A DNA stretch of 64,000 nt, taken from assembly GCA_051530055.1 (NCBI GenBank), contig CM121343.1, forward strand, positions 1,830,389-1,894,388. The letters run 5' to 3'. Positions 49,286-64,000 of the stretch are shown piece by piece (the first letter of the stretch is position 1; every line of letters begins with the position of its first letter). The translations under genes were made by a program, and so were the position numbers. Below the pieces are notes generated by a model. That model was given only the letters and a program-made list of their open reading frames with translations, was not told the DNA's origin and made no database searches. This DNA is from Neoechinorhynchus agilis (Eukaryota > Animalia > Acanthocephala).

Positions 49286-51067
49286 TCAGATAGAAGTAGC
49301 ATACGAAGCTGGATAAAGACCTTCTTTACTTCCATGTCTTCCTTTGCACCACCCTTGTTCGTCTCTCTCTTCAATCATATAAAATTGCATCCCTAGTTTA
49401 GCGCCATGATACACAAACAAGAATCAAAGGGTTCCTCAATTACCTGCTCTAAGTGATAATTCGTCCGATTCCTGTGCCACATAATCGTAAATGGCTCTTA
49501 CTGGAACGCCGTCAGGCGGTATTTCATCTCTAAAAGGGTTATTAGCATCGGGGTAAAGTGTTGAAGTCATCAATGGCATAGTTGATGAATTGTAATCCGC
49601 CAATGATATTTGATCCATGATGCGGGTAAAACCGATCCGCGCAGGGCCCGGATGAGGTGGAGCTGGGTTGGTTTTACGGCAAATTGGTACCAAGTTATTG
49701 GGATTCTCCACAAATTCTATAAACTGCGGCTTTTGCATCGGCATCTTCGCCCCATAAGTACGAGCCCACCAATCAATATCTGCTTCGGCATCTGCACCAT
49801 CAATACAAATGCTTAGTTCGTCATAAATCGCGGCAAGCCTATGAACGGAGGTGGATATAAATGAAAACAAGCAAGTACTGCGCAATGTAACAAAATGAAA
49901 TTCAGTCCCGGCTAAGAAAGTTGAGCCGTTCAAACCCCGAGAAGCACAGATATCTACAAACCCGCGCTCCTGAGCCTAAGGTAACCCATAAAATAACCAA
50001 TTTTTGTAGATATCTGAAGAGGTGGATTTTGTCAATGAAATATTAAATAACATCAAAACAGTTTTCGTGGTTTGAACGGCTCAACAAGAATATCTTTCCA
50101 CTCGAATGTGATCCTGCATGAAATATATAAAATGCTTACTCTGCGGATTTTGATATATCAAGACTGGTATGCGTCCCTTTAAAAACTTCCTTGAAAAATC
50201 TCAAACGCTCTCGTTCAAAGGTTTGTGTTTTTTCAAAGACCTATAAAACGGATGTAATATCAGAATGCAAAATTTAAGATTTACCGTACTCATTTGCTCG
50301 ATGTACAATGGCATTAAATGTTCGAGTTCTTCTATGGAACTTCTATACTTTTGTTCACAGCTTGACTTTTCCTTAACGGACCTTTCCAATCGTTCCAATA
50401 TCTTTCGCCTGGCATCCAAATTTGACTGTTGCGTTCCCGAAGACGACTGTATTTGACGATCGATGGCATCCTTTTGATTTTCTGCGGTCTTCATTGCCTT
50501 GCATGCGCTATAGTAATCCTTCTTACACTTCATCATTCGCGTGTAAATCTTCGCCCAGGATTTTTGGGCCTTTTTGAATTCATCATCGTATTCCCTTACA
50601 GTACGATTACTAATCATTCCACGATTGTAGTTATTCTTTTGCCACGCCTTGACGTGTTCCACAACTTCCCGTAACCTATCGGCGATCGTCGCATGAATTT
50701 CCGCAGTTCGGTCGGTCTCTGAGAGAAATGCTGTCCATGCGTTCAATGTACTCCCGCACTCAGCACCGCGTTCAAGTTGAAGAATTTCGGCCCATCGGCG
50801 GGAACAAGATCGAAGTTGCCTAGCAAACGACTTCTCACAATCAGATCTGTCTTGAAGGAAACTGGTTAAATCAGAACAACGCCTGTAACCATCATCAATC
50901 CTCTTAACGGCAAATCTGTATCGATTGATCTCCCAAAAATTCGGAACTTCTTGGGCTGCGCCAGATAATTTCGCTGTGGAATTATTTTGACAATTTTCAT
51001 CATCGACGTTGTTTATATTGCTGCTACCGCCGCCGCCGGCGGCTTCATCGCGATTATCTTTAGTCAT
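49286..51067 (-). CDS. PACSIN: PACSIN/syndapin (F-BAR + NPF + SH3), 4 exons, GT-AG
   Basis: FWE...Y...VKRIDDG.R.C.DL, D..WW...YG..MPM..PQF.E, NPF, VRA.YDY..QE.DELS..AG, DEQGWCKG...GLYPA.Y. Confidence 0.96.
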
Positions 51068-51256
51068 CTTTAAAAACTTAAGTGTAAGGGTTCGTGCTTC
51101 GGATGATCGGTAAAAGAACAAAAATCGAATTTCGATCGATTGTGTGTACGTAAAAAAACCCGCGATGAAATCAACTGCAAAACCTCGAACGAATAGGGAA
51201 TTTCTCGGCGGTTAATAAAGCCAGCAATCGGCCGCATTCTCACCTATTGATTGAAA

Positions 51257-51589
51257 TCACCGTGTACAGATTGGCCTTGATTTTGAACGACAAAACAACG
51301 CGCACCACGACGGCGACCTGCGAGCGCGTACAAGAACAAACGTGCGCACCTGCAAAAGCATGGAACGATCACGTTTTGTGCGAATGACGGTGTCAGGCAC
51401 AAGCAGCTTATCAGCAAGAGAGATTTTAGCGAACGATCGATCGACGTTCAAACGACGCCAAATATCGACATCTTGCGCGCGCGCGTTATTCCTCGTGACG
51501 TCGATGCGTTTTGCGCGCGTCATTTTGTGATGACCGTCGAACGAACTTTTTTCAACTTGGACGGAGACACGCTTCGGCATTCGACTCAA
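51257..51589 (-). CDS. Orphan ORF or exon of unknown function
   Basis: GC-richer open frame with plausible donor CAG|gtgcgc; no family recognised. Confidence 0.3.
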   Translation of the reverse strand: MSRMPKRVSVQVEKSSFDGHHKMTRAKRIDVTRNNARAQDVDIWRRLNVDRSFAKISLADKLLVPDTVIRTKRDRSMLLQVRTFVLVRARRSPSWCALFCRSKSRPICTR

Positions 51590-51773
51590 ATTATAAGCGA
51601 CGTGAGTCCTTGACAGTTCAAAAGGTTCGTCGGTGTGGGATATACTAGTCTACGGGGAAAATCATAAACAATTGATCTTCGTTGGTTTCATTGTGCAGGA
51701 AATGTATACCACTAGTTGTTTGAAGGGATTGAACTGTTCATAAAGTGGTCGTTTTATGGCGCGTATAAAAATT

Positions 51774-52153
51774 AAAATCCGATTGGTTTCGGAGCCACAC
51801 GATCTTGTACGCCTTTTTGGTCATTTAAGGGATGGATCAATATGCACTGTCCTAAGATTGCATATTGATCAAAAGGCGTACAAGATTGTGTGGCTCCGAA
51901 ACCAATCAGATTTTAAAATCCAAAAAATCAATTTAATTTCACTAGCACGTGGAAGTGGGGGAAAATTATACATCAAAGACTGACTTTAATTGAAATATTT
52001 CGTCCAATCACATTGGACTTCTTTAGTCAATTATAGCTTGTAAGTAGTTGAAAAAACACTTCAACAATAATTGGCTAAAGAAGTCCAATGTGATTGGACG
52101 AAATATTTCAATTAAAGTCAGTCTTTGATATATAATTTTCCCCACTTCCACAT
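51774..52153. mobile_element. Two adjacent MITE-like palindromes (44 bp arms 51774-51914; ~80 bp arms 51947-52153)
   Basis: Direct inspection of reverse-complement arms; a solo arm of the first also occurs at ~26990-27025. Confidence 0.85.
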
Positions 52154-52679
52154 ACTCATGGATTTTATCTTTAATTTCACTAACGATATTTTCGACCATG
52201 ATCAGTTTAGGGCAATTCCGGTTCTTTCGAATATTCAAAATTATATGGTGGTTATCAGTAGAAAAGTCGATTTTTATAGAAATTAGTCCTCAACTTGAAA
52301 ATCGCTCACCTTTTCGGCCAACATGACTTCTTCCTAAAGACATCTTACAAGTGAAGAATAAAGCCCCTCTCAGCTTGAAGATGCTCTTCATCGGTGACAG
52401 ATAGTGAATTTGATGAGCGAATATCCGCAAAAGATAGCCCGGAAGAATGTTACAGTTGCTGAGTCGGGTACAATGCCGGAATGAAAACAAGCGCGATTCT
52501 AGGATGTTCATCACGATAGGAAAGTCTAAGAGTTGGTTTTACAGGGTGAATATTGCCGAACAGATCCTAACGACTAATTTCTGATTCGATTTTTCACTGA
52601 TATAGCCAAAGAATTCCGGCGGTGAGCCTTTTTGCCGGGAATCCACTATAATGATCAAAATCCTGATTTGTAGTGAGCT

Positions 52680-53354
52680 ATGGCCTCATTTAAGATAATG
52701 TCCCGAAGAGACAACAACAATGAAGAGGATGATATCTCAAGACGTTGTTCTTGTAGACTACGAGATGCTAGGAGACTGAGTCTTGAGCATCGTGAAGACA
52801 TTTTACGCCGAACGGAGGAGTATCACCAACGAGCAGCAGTTCGATCAATGGCAAATAACATGAACACTCGACGTCTCCGGTCTGACTCATCACGTCAACA
52901 TTACCCAGGAATCCAGATTATTCGTGAGGCTCGTCCACGTTTAGGGATCGAGCTAGCCGCCCCGTTTTTGACTATTCATGAGAGCGAAGAAAGCACTTCG
53001 GAGGAAGCTTTTAGTGAAGAGCCAGGACCGGAAGTTGTCAGCGAGGAGCCGGAAGTTGTAATTATAAGCGACAGACTTACGTCTACGAGGTCAAATGAAC
53101 CGGAAGTTATCGCTTTAACTGATATCAATTATGAGAAAACTACGCTTGGTTCCGGTCTCTGCCCGATTTGCTTGGATCATCTTTCAGCAATCAGAATACG
53201 TGGCGAAACTCTTATGTCCACGCTTTGTGGTCATGTGTATTGCAAATCGTGTATTGACAATTATTTCCATGATAAATCTGATAGGAAAAGGCATCCTTGT
53301 CCCAAATGCCGTAATGGTATCAAAAAGCAGGATGTGCATCCACTATACTTCTGA
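52680..53354 (+). CDS. RNF4: RNF4-like SUMO-targeted RING ubiquitin ligase, single exon
   Basis: SIM-like PEVVIISD and PEVIALTD; C-terminal CPIC...ST.CGHV.C..CI......CP.C.......HPLY. Confidence 0.85.
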   Translation: MASFKIMSRRDNNNEEDDISRRCSCRLRDARRLSLEHREDILRRTEEYHQRAAVRSMANNMNTRRLRSDSSRQHYPGIQIIREARPRLGIELAAPFLTIHESEESTSEEAFSEEPGPEVVSEEPEVVIISDRLTSTRSNEPEVIALTDINYEKTTLGSGLCPICLDHLSAIRIRGETLMSTLCGHVYCKSCIDNYFHDKSDRKRHPCPKCRNGIKKQDVHPLYF

Positions 53355-54229
53355 AATCTCGAATAAGAATTTATTTGTCAATTTACTATGCTAATGATGA
53401 GTGTAAAAGGTGTTTGATTAACAGCTTTAGTTGGTACGTTGCGATCTATGATTCATATTCGAGCAACCTAGCAAATCGCGTACAAAAATAAAATAGCGAA
53501 CTTTTATCGTGTCCGGGATTGGCCCTTGGGATTTGTGGTCCACAATTAGGCTTCAGGATTCTGTATGGAAACAATAAAAACAGCAGTCGTGGCATTTCAT
53601 ACATCGAAACACGCTGGATATATGCAAAAGTGCATTTAGTGGATTCTTAAAAACCTTTAAGTCTTTGGCTTAGAAGAATGATATGGCAATGGTATTGAGC
53701 TTTCATTAGTCGTGGTGACTCATTCAAGGATGATTTTAAATGGAACTTCTTACTTTTTACACGCAAAAGCCATCTAACTATTCATCTTCAATAAAGTCTT
53801 CGTATTTCTAGGCCTTTCGAGGTTTAGATTTTATTGAGTTCATGGTGGTTAGATATGTTATTATATGGGTCAGTCATCCACACTCGAGGGGGATCGTTAA
53901 ATTCGAATATACTGAGCTCAAATGACTGATTCAATCATTCGAAATAAATTCGGATTTAACGATCTCGCTCGGGTGTCGAGGACCGACCAAAATATTGACA
54001 AAAGTAAATGTATACACACGATTTTAAGGATGTGATTTCAGGAGTTGCCTAGGGCGTTCCATTAGCAACGAAACTTGAAAATAACTAGAGCAAGCCGGCT
54101 AAAAATTATCAAAGATTTAGTAATGCGCTTCGTTTTCGGTAAAAATTATTTAATTTGTCGAATGTGTGCCTTGTAAATCGTTTTTTGTAAATTTCACCTT
54201 TATATAAATACGGCTAAAATCACTGTCAG

Positions 54230-55080
54230 AATGTTAAGTGCGATTGTTTTTTGCCTAAATCTGAGAAAGTTTCAGGATTTTGTGCCTGACAATTATCCTG
54301 AAGGGGGAATAGCTGATGAAATGATCATTAGCTTGTATTAGATCGCTCTTACAGAAAAATGACTTCTTTTAGACCTAGAAAGTGAAGCTGAGAAATACAA
54401 ATGTGTCCCATATTTCGATCCTTTCAAATATGCGACCATGGACCTTAATAGCGATAAGAATTATCAATCTTTTCGATGTGCTCCAAGCAAAGTCATGCAA
54501 TCAACCGCTCACCTTTATATCAGAGCGGAACTTAAATCTTTCAATCAGACAACCAAGCAGAGTTCTAAAATTGCTTTAAATGACCGAGGATACATTGACA
54601 ATTATTACTGATGCTTTTGAGAATTATGCGATAGATCTTCAATAAAAGCAGATCGATGACAATCGAGATAGCAAAATTTCCATTAAAGAACTTGGAGGGT
54701 ATTTTCAAAGTGACAATAGGAAATGGTTGTATCCCTTGATTGATATCGTTGTGTTCCCCTTGCCACAACGCGAAGAGATGAATTCCACGGACTTTTTTTA
54801 TTATTCATTAAGAAAGATTATTCTTGGAAGTCTTGTGGCTAAATGTATGATGCGATGCACCTCCGGTTAGATAAAAAATGGAACGTCTCCAGCTCTTCCC
54901 CAAATTCGTCGCAGGAGAATGGTTGGCGCAGGCATCCGACCGTGAGAAACCCGATATCTGTATCTGGAAAATCGTAGAGATAAACTCAAAGACCATCCAT
55001 CTAGAGGAAAAAGGCAAAAGTCGAAGAAATAAAAGTTCAATTGCGTCTGAGCAGTTAGACGCGGATAAAAGTTTGGTCCT
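54230..55080 (+). CDS. Orphan multi-exon gene with an EF-hand-like motif (DDNRDSKISIKEL)
   Basis: Open frames 54373-54610 and 54648-54870 joined across a hairpin; structure only partly resolved. Confidence 0.4.
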
Positions 55081-55169
55081 TTGATATTGAATTAATGATG
55101 GCAGGATTAGTTCTTTGGAGTTTGGCAGGAACTTTCAATTTTATTTCGCTGTTTAGATTCCGTGACATT

Positions 55170-55510
55170 TACAGAGAAAATGAAAATGAGATCATTAAGT
55201 CTAAGTTTTGGGGGCATGAAGATGAAACAAGCGAGCTCGCTACTGGGGAAGCAGTAACCGCTGCTGATGATCGCAAAAAGATTAAATACAGGGATCTGAG
55301 TCAAAATCATTATATCGTTCTCTTTGGCGTCGAGACACTCGGGATCGTTTGCTACCGCGATAGAGGACCTGGCCAATCAATTGTTCAAGAGATTGAGGCG
55401 ATTCACTGGCCATCCGAGTTCAGGAGCATTTTTTCTACAAAACATAAGTCGGCCTCTGTGACCGAGGAAGGAACGCTGCATCCGTCCTTTGGACCATTAG
55501 ACCAATAAGG
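55170..55510 (+). mobile_element. CRE-like RLE 3' fragment
   Basis: TGEAV.AA.D.KK.KY.DL...Y..LFGVETLG; homologous to 12595-12880. Confidence 0.85.
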
Positions 55511-58500
55511 CAGCTCAGCGATCCTGAGCGTTGGCGTGGATGTTTTTGGAAATCTTCTTGTTGGAAAACAACTTGATATTCCTCCATTAAGCGGAAAACA
55601 TGATGGAGACGAAACTATGTAGGATGCAAATATTGGCAATGTTAGTCGAGGAATTCAAACACTTACCTCCAGACCATAATTGGACGTTGCGAATTGGTAA
55701 TCGCATCAAAACTTTTTTGGTTGCCTTGTTACTACTTCCAAAACACAAGCGGTCTTGTTTGGACAACCAAGCCTCTTACTTGGCCTATAAGACGTCTAAA
55801 CTGTCAATCTAGTCGGAATTTTACAGAATTATGTTTAACGGGAAAAAATCTGGCATATAGGTTTAATAATCACAGTCATTTTCTATTTGAATCCATCGCC
55901 GTTTTGTGAGGTCTTCTTCAAAAATGATTCGTTGATGCTATTCGTCGAAACCCTAAATCGTTGTACAAATAAAAAATTGCTTCCATAAAGTCAGCAATGA
56001 TTGGACCACGATTGAACAAGAACTTAAATTTTGTCAGGAAACCGAATTTACTAGTGTGATAATCGACGTACATGAAGAGCACAAATAATGTAGTTGCCTG
56101 CTTACATTTACCCCCACATGCACATTCAAATTTTGAATTGTCCGATAGAGTAATTCAGTCACCGTCACCGCAAAGTGGAAATTCTGTTGGCCGTGCCTAA
56201 ACGTTGTTTTCTTTAGCTATGTACCATCGGGATAACGAAGATTTACACTCAGGTATTATTGAAGTTAGCAATTTATCGCAATAGAGTGACCATTTTTTTG
56301 TTAATAAACCTGGCTTAACCAAAGAACTAATACTTCTTCGCCGAAAAAAGCTGAATATAGGAAGTAAAACTGTTTCAAATTGAGCCGAAATAAAAGGGTA
56401 AAATAGTTTTGTGTTTAGATTTGTTGTTTTGGTCGTGTGGCTTTGTGGTCTTGAACATGTTTCTCATATCCTCCTTTCCCCTACATTCAAACTGATGATG
56501 AATCCTACGAGCGAAGACAAATCAATGTCACACATGAACAAATCCACTGTTCACGTCTTAAGAGTAGCTGAACATTAACGTTTTAATCATCGATAGAAAA
56601 TCCTTCGGGTTAATCAATGTAAACATACAGCCGGTCATAACCTATTTGATTTTGATTTATTTGAGATTTTTCGAAGGAGGTAACCTCGCCTCATCAGTCA
56701 TCTAAAAATATGTTTTTCACCTTAAGGTTTTAAGCTCGAATGTGCGGGATCACCAAACCCCAAGTTCGGGGACAATAGAAATAGAGCAAAACTTGAAAAG
56801 ACGTCTTGTTTTGGATGCCTTACACATCGCTGTGTCCAACACAATGAAAGGAAATCAAGCTAATTTTAGCTTGAAACTGCCAGTCAGCGACGTATTAAAA
56901 ATCAATGCTAAGATCATGAAAAAACGTAGTACAGCGCAGGGGGTTAAATCGAATAATTGGTCCCTGAACTTCAGGTTTGGCGATCCCGCGCACTCTAGCA
57001 TAAAACCTTAAGGTGAAAACATATTTTTAGATGACTGGTGAGGCGAGCTTACCTCGCGAAATATCTCAAATAAATCAAAATAAAACAGGTTATGATCGAG
57101 TGTTTGTTCACCAAAAGTTTACATTAACGTTTTGTGTTGGATGCGGGAAAATACTAGTGAATGCGGCTTCTAAAAACGGTGTTCTCATTAATTTTGTGTG
57201 GGGGGAAACGGTTGTCAATGTTCTCAGAGGAGCATTTTTTGAGTTACAGCAATAGCTCCCACATGACCTTAAATGGAGGATAACAAAGCGCACAGGGTTC
57301 TACTGACCTAGAGGCAGATGATTGAGTAGATTTTGGATAAGCATCTATAGACAGCGTCTTCTTTTTTTCCGCCTCGCTGTCTCCACTTTTGGCGACAAAT
57401 CGAGGGATGCAGAGGCAGCAAGACTCGCAGACGTTATGGAATGATGAGAACACGCAACCGCGCATTGTGCAGTGTCACCATATACAACATCTACTACACA
57501 CAAACGCGCAGATTTCCAAACCACAATCGGCACCACCACCACCACCACCACCGCCGCCACCCACCACCACCATCAGCAGAAATTGTGCTTGCTGCCTTTC
57601 GTTGAATTTTCAAAAGACGATAGGAGATGAGTATCGAAAACGTGAATAGCTACTAAAAAGGTTTGTGGGATTCTTATCTTTAAGGCCAACGTTCTTTTTT
57701 CCAATTTGTTCATTTGATGTCATTGGGGTTCAAAATTTGGCATATTTTTACAGACGGATGCCTTTCCTGACGTTAATCCTCCTCCTTAATCAGCCGGGCT
57801 TGAGACCGTCCTTGGCGAAGAACTCACGCGTGAGTTCTTTTTTCTAATCCTGAGTCCGTCATTAAACGTCGTTTTTGACACTTAATGCGATAAAGCACCA
57901 AAAGTAACTGTTACAGCTTGACTAGCCATCAACTCTGGTTTTGTGAGGAAGATAAAAGTAAACTTTGGCGGCTCGCGTTCCCCCTTCTCAAGTAAAGCAG
58001 CGAGAGCGTACAAAGTGAGAGTAGACACGGAAGAATGGCAGATCTGAAACGTCGCCGTTCACTCTATAACAGTAACTTTTGTTATAATGCGCGGATATGC
58101 AATGAGACATTAAGTGCTTAAGCAAAACGCCGTGTGACAAGAATATTTGTCTATTCTAAAGCTTTTCCGGTGTTCCAAAGACTGGTTATCGGTTTCAATT
58201 AAGTCGCCGTTGAATTCTTTAAAACGTAAGTGAAGCTATTATCTGTCAGATAAAATGACTTTCAATGCTTCGCCATGTTTTCTCAGTCTTTCCTTTTGCG
58301 ACAGAAAATGAGTAGGGGCGTGTCAAAGGGCGTTAGAAAAACGAGCAGCGAAAGCGCTGTAAGTTCACGTTTTGGTACCGCTGTTACCACACCATTCCCT
58401 CTTACGCGCTACTTAATGACACTTCCTTCATAATCAAATCCTTTAACATCAATCCTTTCCACATTGTCATGTTTAATTAATGTCATTTCCCAGCATGGCC

Positions 58501-58544
58501 CAGTATTTCTCACTTAACGTTTAGAAAAAGAAGTTAGACTGTTA

Positions 58545-62173
<3,629 letters not shown>

Positions 62174-62949
62174 AAAACATGTAAGCTGAGACATTGTCAG
62201 GGGATAGCTCCAATACAGCCTGTATTTCCATTCTATCCAACTCCTCAAAGTGTGCAAGTCTTGTAATGACAATAAAATGAATTTCTGAAGAAAAAATCGT
62301 AATGAATGCTAAACTACCATTTTTTCAATATGATACACATTGACGGCCAATAAAAATAAACCTAGAATTCAGTTTATAGAATAAATGGCACCGTAGGTAT
62401 CTACAATCGTTTTTGTTAACTAAAAATAAATCGATAACTTTGGGAGTATTTCATAATCAGAAGCCTGATACCATTTGCAACAAATACAGAAAAATTTAAG
62501 AAATCCACGCATCAAAATCTTTATACAAAATAAAAAATTATATGTTTGCGTTGTGTAGACATCAATAAATCACATTTGCTGCCAATAAAGTTCAATTTAA
62601 ACCTGTTATCTCTCGCGGTTGTAACTAAAAATTGTGTAGCAAACTGATTATTAAAAAATTTTCATTTTTGATGGATGAATAACGGGACTGATTTCATCTT
62701 AAGAACTTATATTTATTAAAACTTCATTGAGACAAAAAGTCTCATTGTCTCGCACATTTTTTTACGGGATGATCGCGCAATATATATTTAATATTTCCTT
62801 CCGGTATAACTCAGTATTTAATTAATTATATTTTAAGGGCATGGTTTTTATTCGTTGCAAGAAATATGAGTCAATTAATATCGAATATAGCGAATTGCGA
62901 TCGTTTAAATGCTAATTTGTTACGTGGATCAACAGAATAGTCAGAGATT

Positions 62950-63400
62950 TCCCATGAGCAATGCTTACAAGTAGTAAAATTTGCATTCAATTCCTTAAAT
63001 TACTCCGGTGAATAGAGGTGTAAGAGATTTTGGGACATCCTACAATTAATTTCAAACCAATTTCGTCTTTGCTGTGATCGCAGTTCTCAGTCACCTTCGA
63101 AACCATTGAATCGTATTTTTATCCTTGCTTGAAAAAACAATTATACTGGTCAAGTGTATATAAAACACTTCTTGGTCGACACCAACATCCCATCCGTAAG
63201 TATATTAATAATGGCTAACAGGAATTTAGCCCTCTCCCAATTAAGTACAATTCTTGAGATCATTGTTAAATGCCTTATTCGCATCAATAGCACCACCTTA
63301 CCATTCGTTACCTTAATATTTCCATCATGATTTATACCGAAAAACCTATGTATTTACTTGATCTTACCAACGTGTGTTTTCCAATAATTTAAATAACCTT
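62950..63400 (-). mobile_element. Decayed LINE (RTE-like) RT fragment
   Basis: KYIGFGINHDGNI.. resembles the YLG..I...G motif; multiple stops. Confidence 0.4.
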
Positions 63401-63414
63401 TAAAAAATTTACTC

Positions 63415-63500
63415 TACCGTTCAATGCTGCTAGCGTGATAGCGACAGCCGAGGAAGGAGAGAAGCTCTAATTTTACGGACGGTGGTGATTGCACGTTTTG
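63415..63500 (+). mobile_element. CRE-like 3' end fragment
   Basis: caatgctgctagcgtgatagcgacagccgaggaagga...ggacggtggtga matches 48070-48135. Confidence 0.85.
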
Positions 63501-63619
63501 TGCTTTATTATAAAGAGTTTATATTCTAAAAAAGCACTACTTCTACTTTTAGAAGAGTTTTTGTAAAGAAATTAATCATTATTGTTTCAATTTCAATTAG
63601 CGATATTCACTCAGAAATA

Positions 63620-63880
63620 GATTTATATTGAAAATTTTCGGCCTTTTCGCTGGCCTTCTTCAGTCAGATCTACAATTTAAAAGGAACATTATCAATTAGT
63701 TTATCCGGTGGGACTCGTAGATTGAGTTTGTAGTCAGCTTTGTTGCCAACAAAAGTACCTGTTTGCTGGATCATGATGGCTTCCATGGTCACTCTGTCGC
63801 GTCTTACGTCACTCCTCGCAAGAACTTCGACGCCGTCAAAATTGATCTCATGCCCATAAATTGAAAAAATTTTAGAAGAG
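63620..63880 (-). mobile_element. Penelope-like 3' remnant (GIY-YIG tail) followed by a hammerhead-like motif at 63620-63672
   Basis: GHEINFDGVEVLARSDVRRDRVTMEAIMI; CTGAAGA-AGGCC..GGCC-GAAAATTTTC. Confidence 0.7.
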
Positions 63881-64000
63881 TCACGTGAACGAATTCGTCA
63901 AGTCATTCTGAATGATGGCAAGATTGAACCAGAATTAATGGCCAAAATACTTGAAAAATTGATGTTCCAGTGCTTAAATGCTTAGTTAGTTTCGGCATTT

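Noticed and set aside
54321-54368. Another possible hairpin intron (TCATT/AATGA with bulged interior)
   Set aside because: Weak stem, no A at the predicted junction and no protein homology to fix the frame
57345-57649. Poly-Pro / poly-Val ORFs around a (CCA)n microsatellite
   Set aside because: Low-complexity repeat; no recognisable domain or convincing gene structure

Overview
Gene-dense eukaryotic (animal, probably protostome) window with mostly 40-55 nt introns. Recognisable genes in order: innexin (5'-partial, +), XPR1 (+), MEK1/MAP2K1 (-), dynamin (+), fused NADH-type glutamate synthase (-), a DUSP-fold pseudophosphatase (+), HMG-CoA reductase (-), ABCF1 (-), ZC3H15 (-), a biogenic-amine GPCR (-), RCAN/calcipressin (-), PACSIN (-), an RNF4-like RING ligase (+) and CaMKII (+). 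Between them lie a few orphan ORFs, decayed LINE fragments, about nine 3' fragments of CRE-like RLE retrotransposons, Penelope-like remnants with minimal hammerhead ribozymes, MITE-like palindromes and two tandem arrays. Main finding: reconstructing the genes by hand, roughly 45-50 introns are ordinary GT(GC)-AG. Seven conserved genes (innexin, XPR1, MEK1, dynamin, glutamate synthase, HMGCR, RCAN), plus one orphan, each contain one interruption whose best protein-homology junction is not GT-AG. Each of these has sequence-unrelated terminal inverted repeats (a 7-14 bp stem), can be cut in a register A...|A, and places the 3' junction 4-5 nt after the stem. This suggests a structure-defined, non-canonical intron class (or DNA-level excision) coexisting with the normal spliceosomal introns. 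HMGCR is the strongest case because no usable AG acceptor exists. No RNA evidence is available, so this remains an inference.
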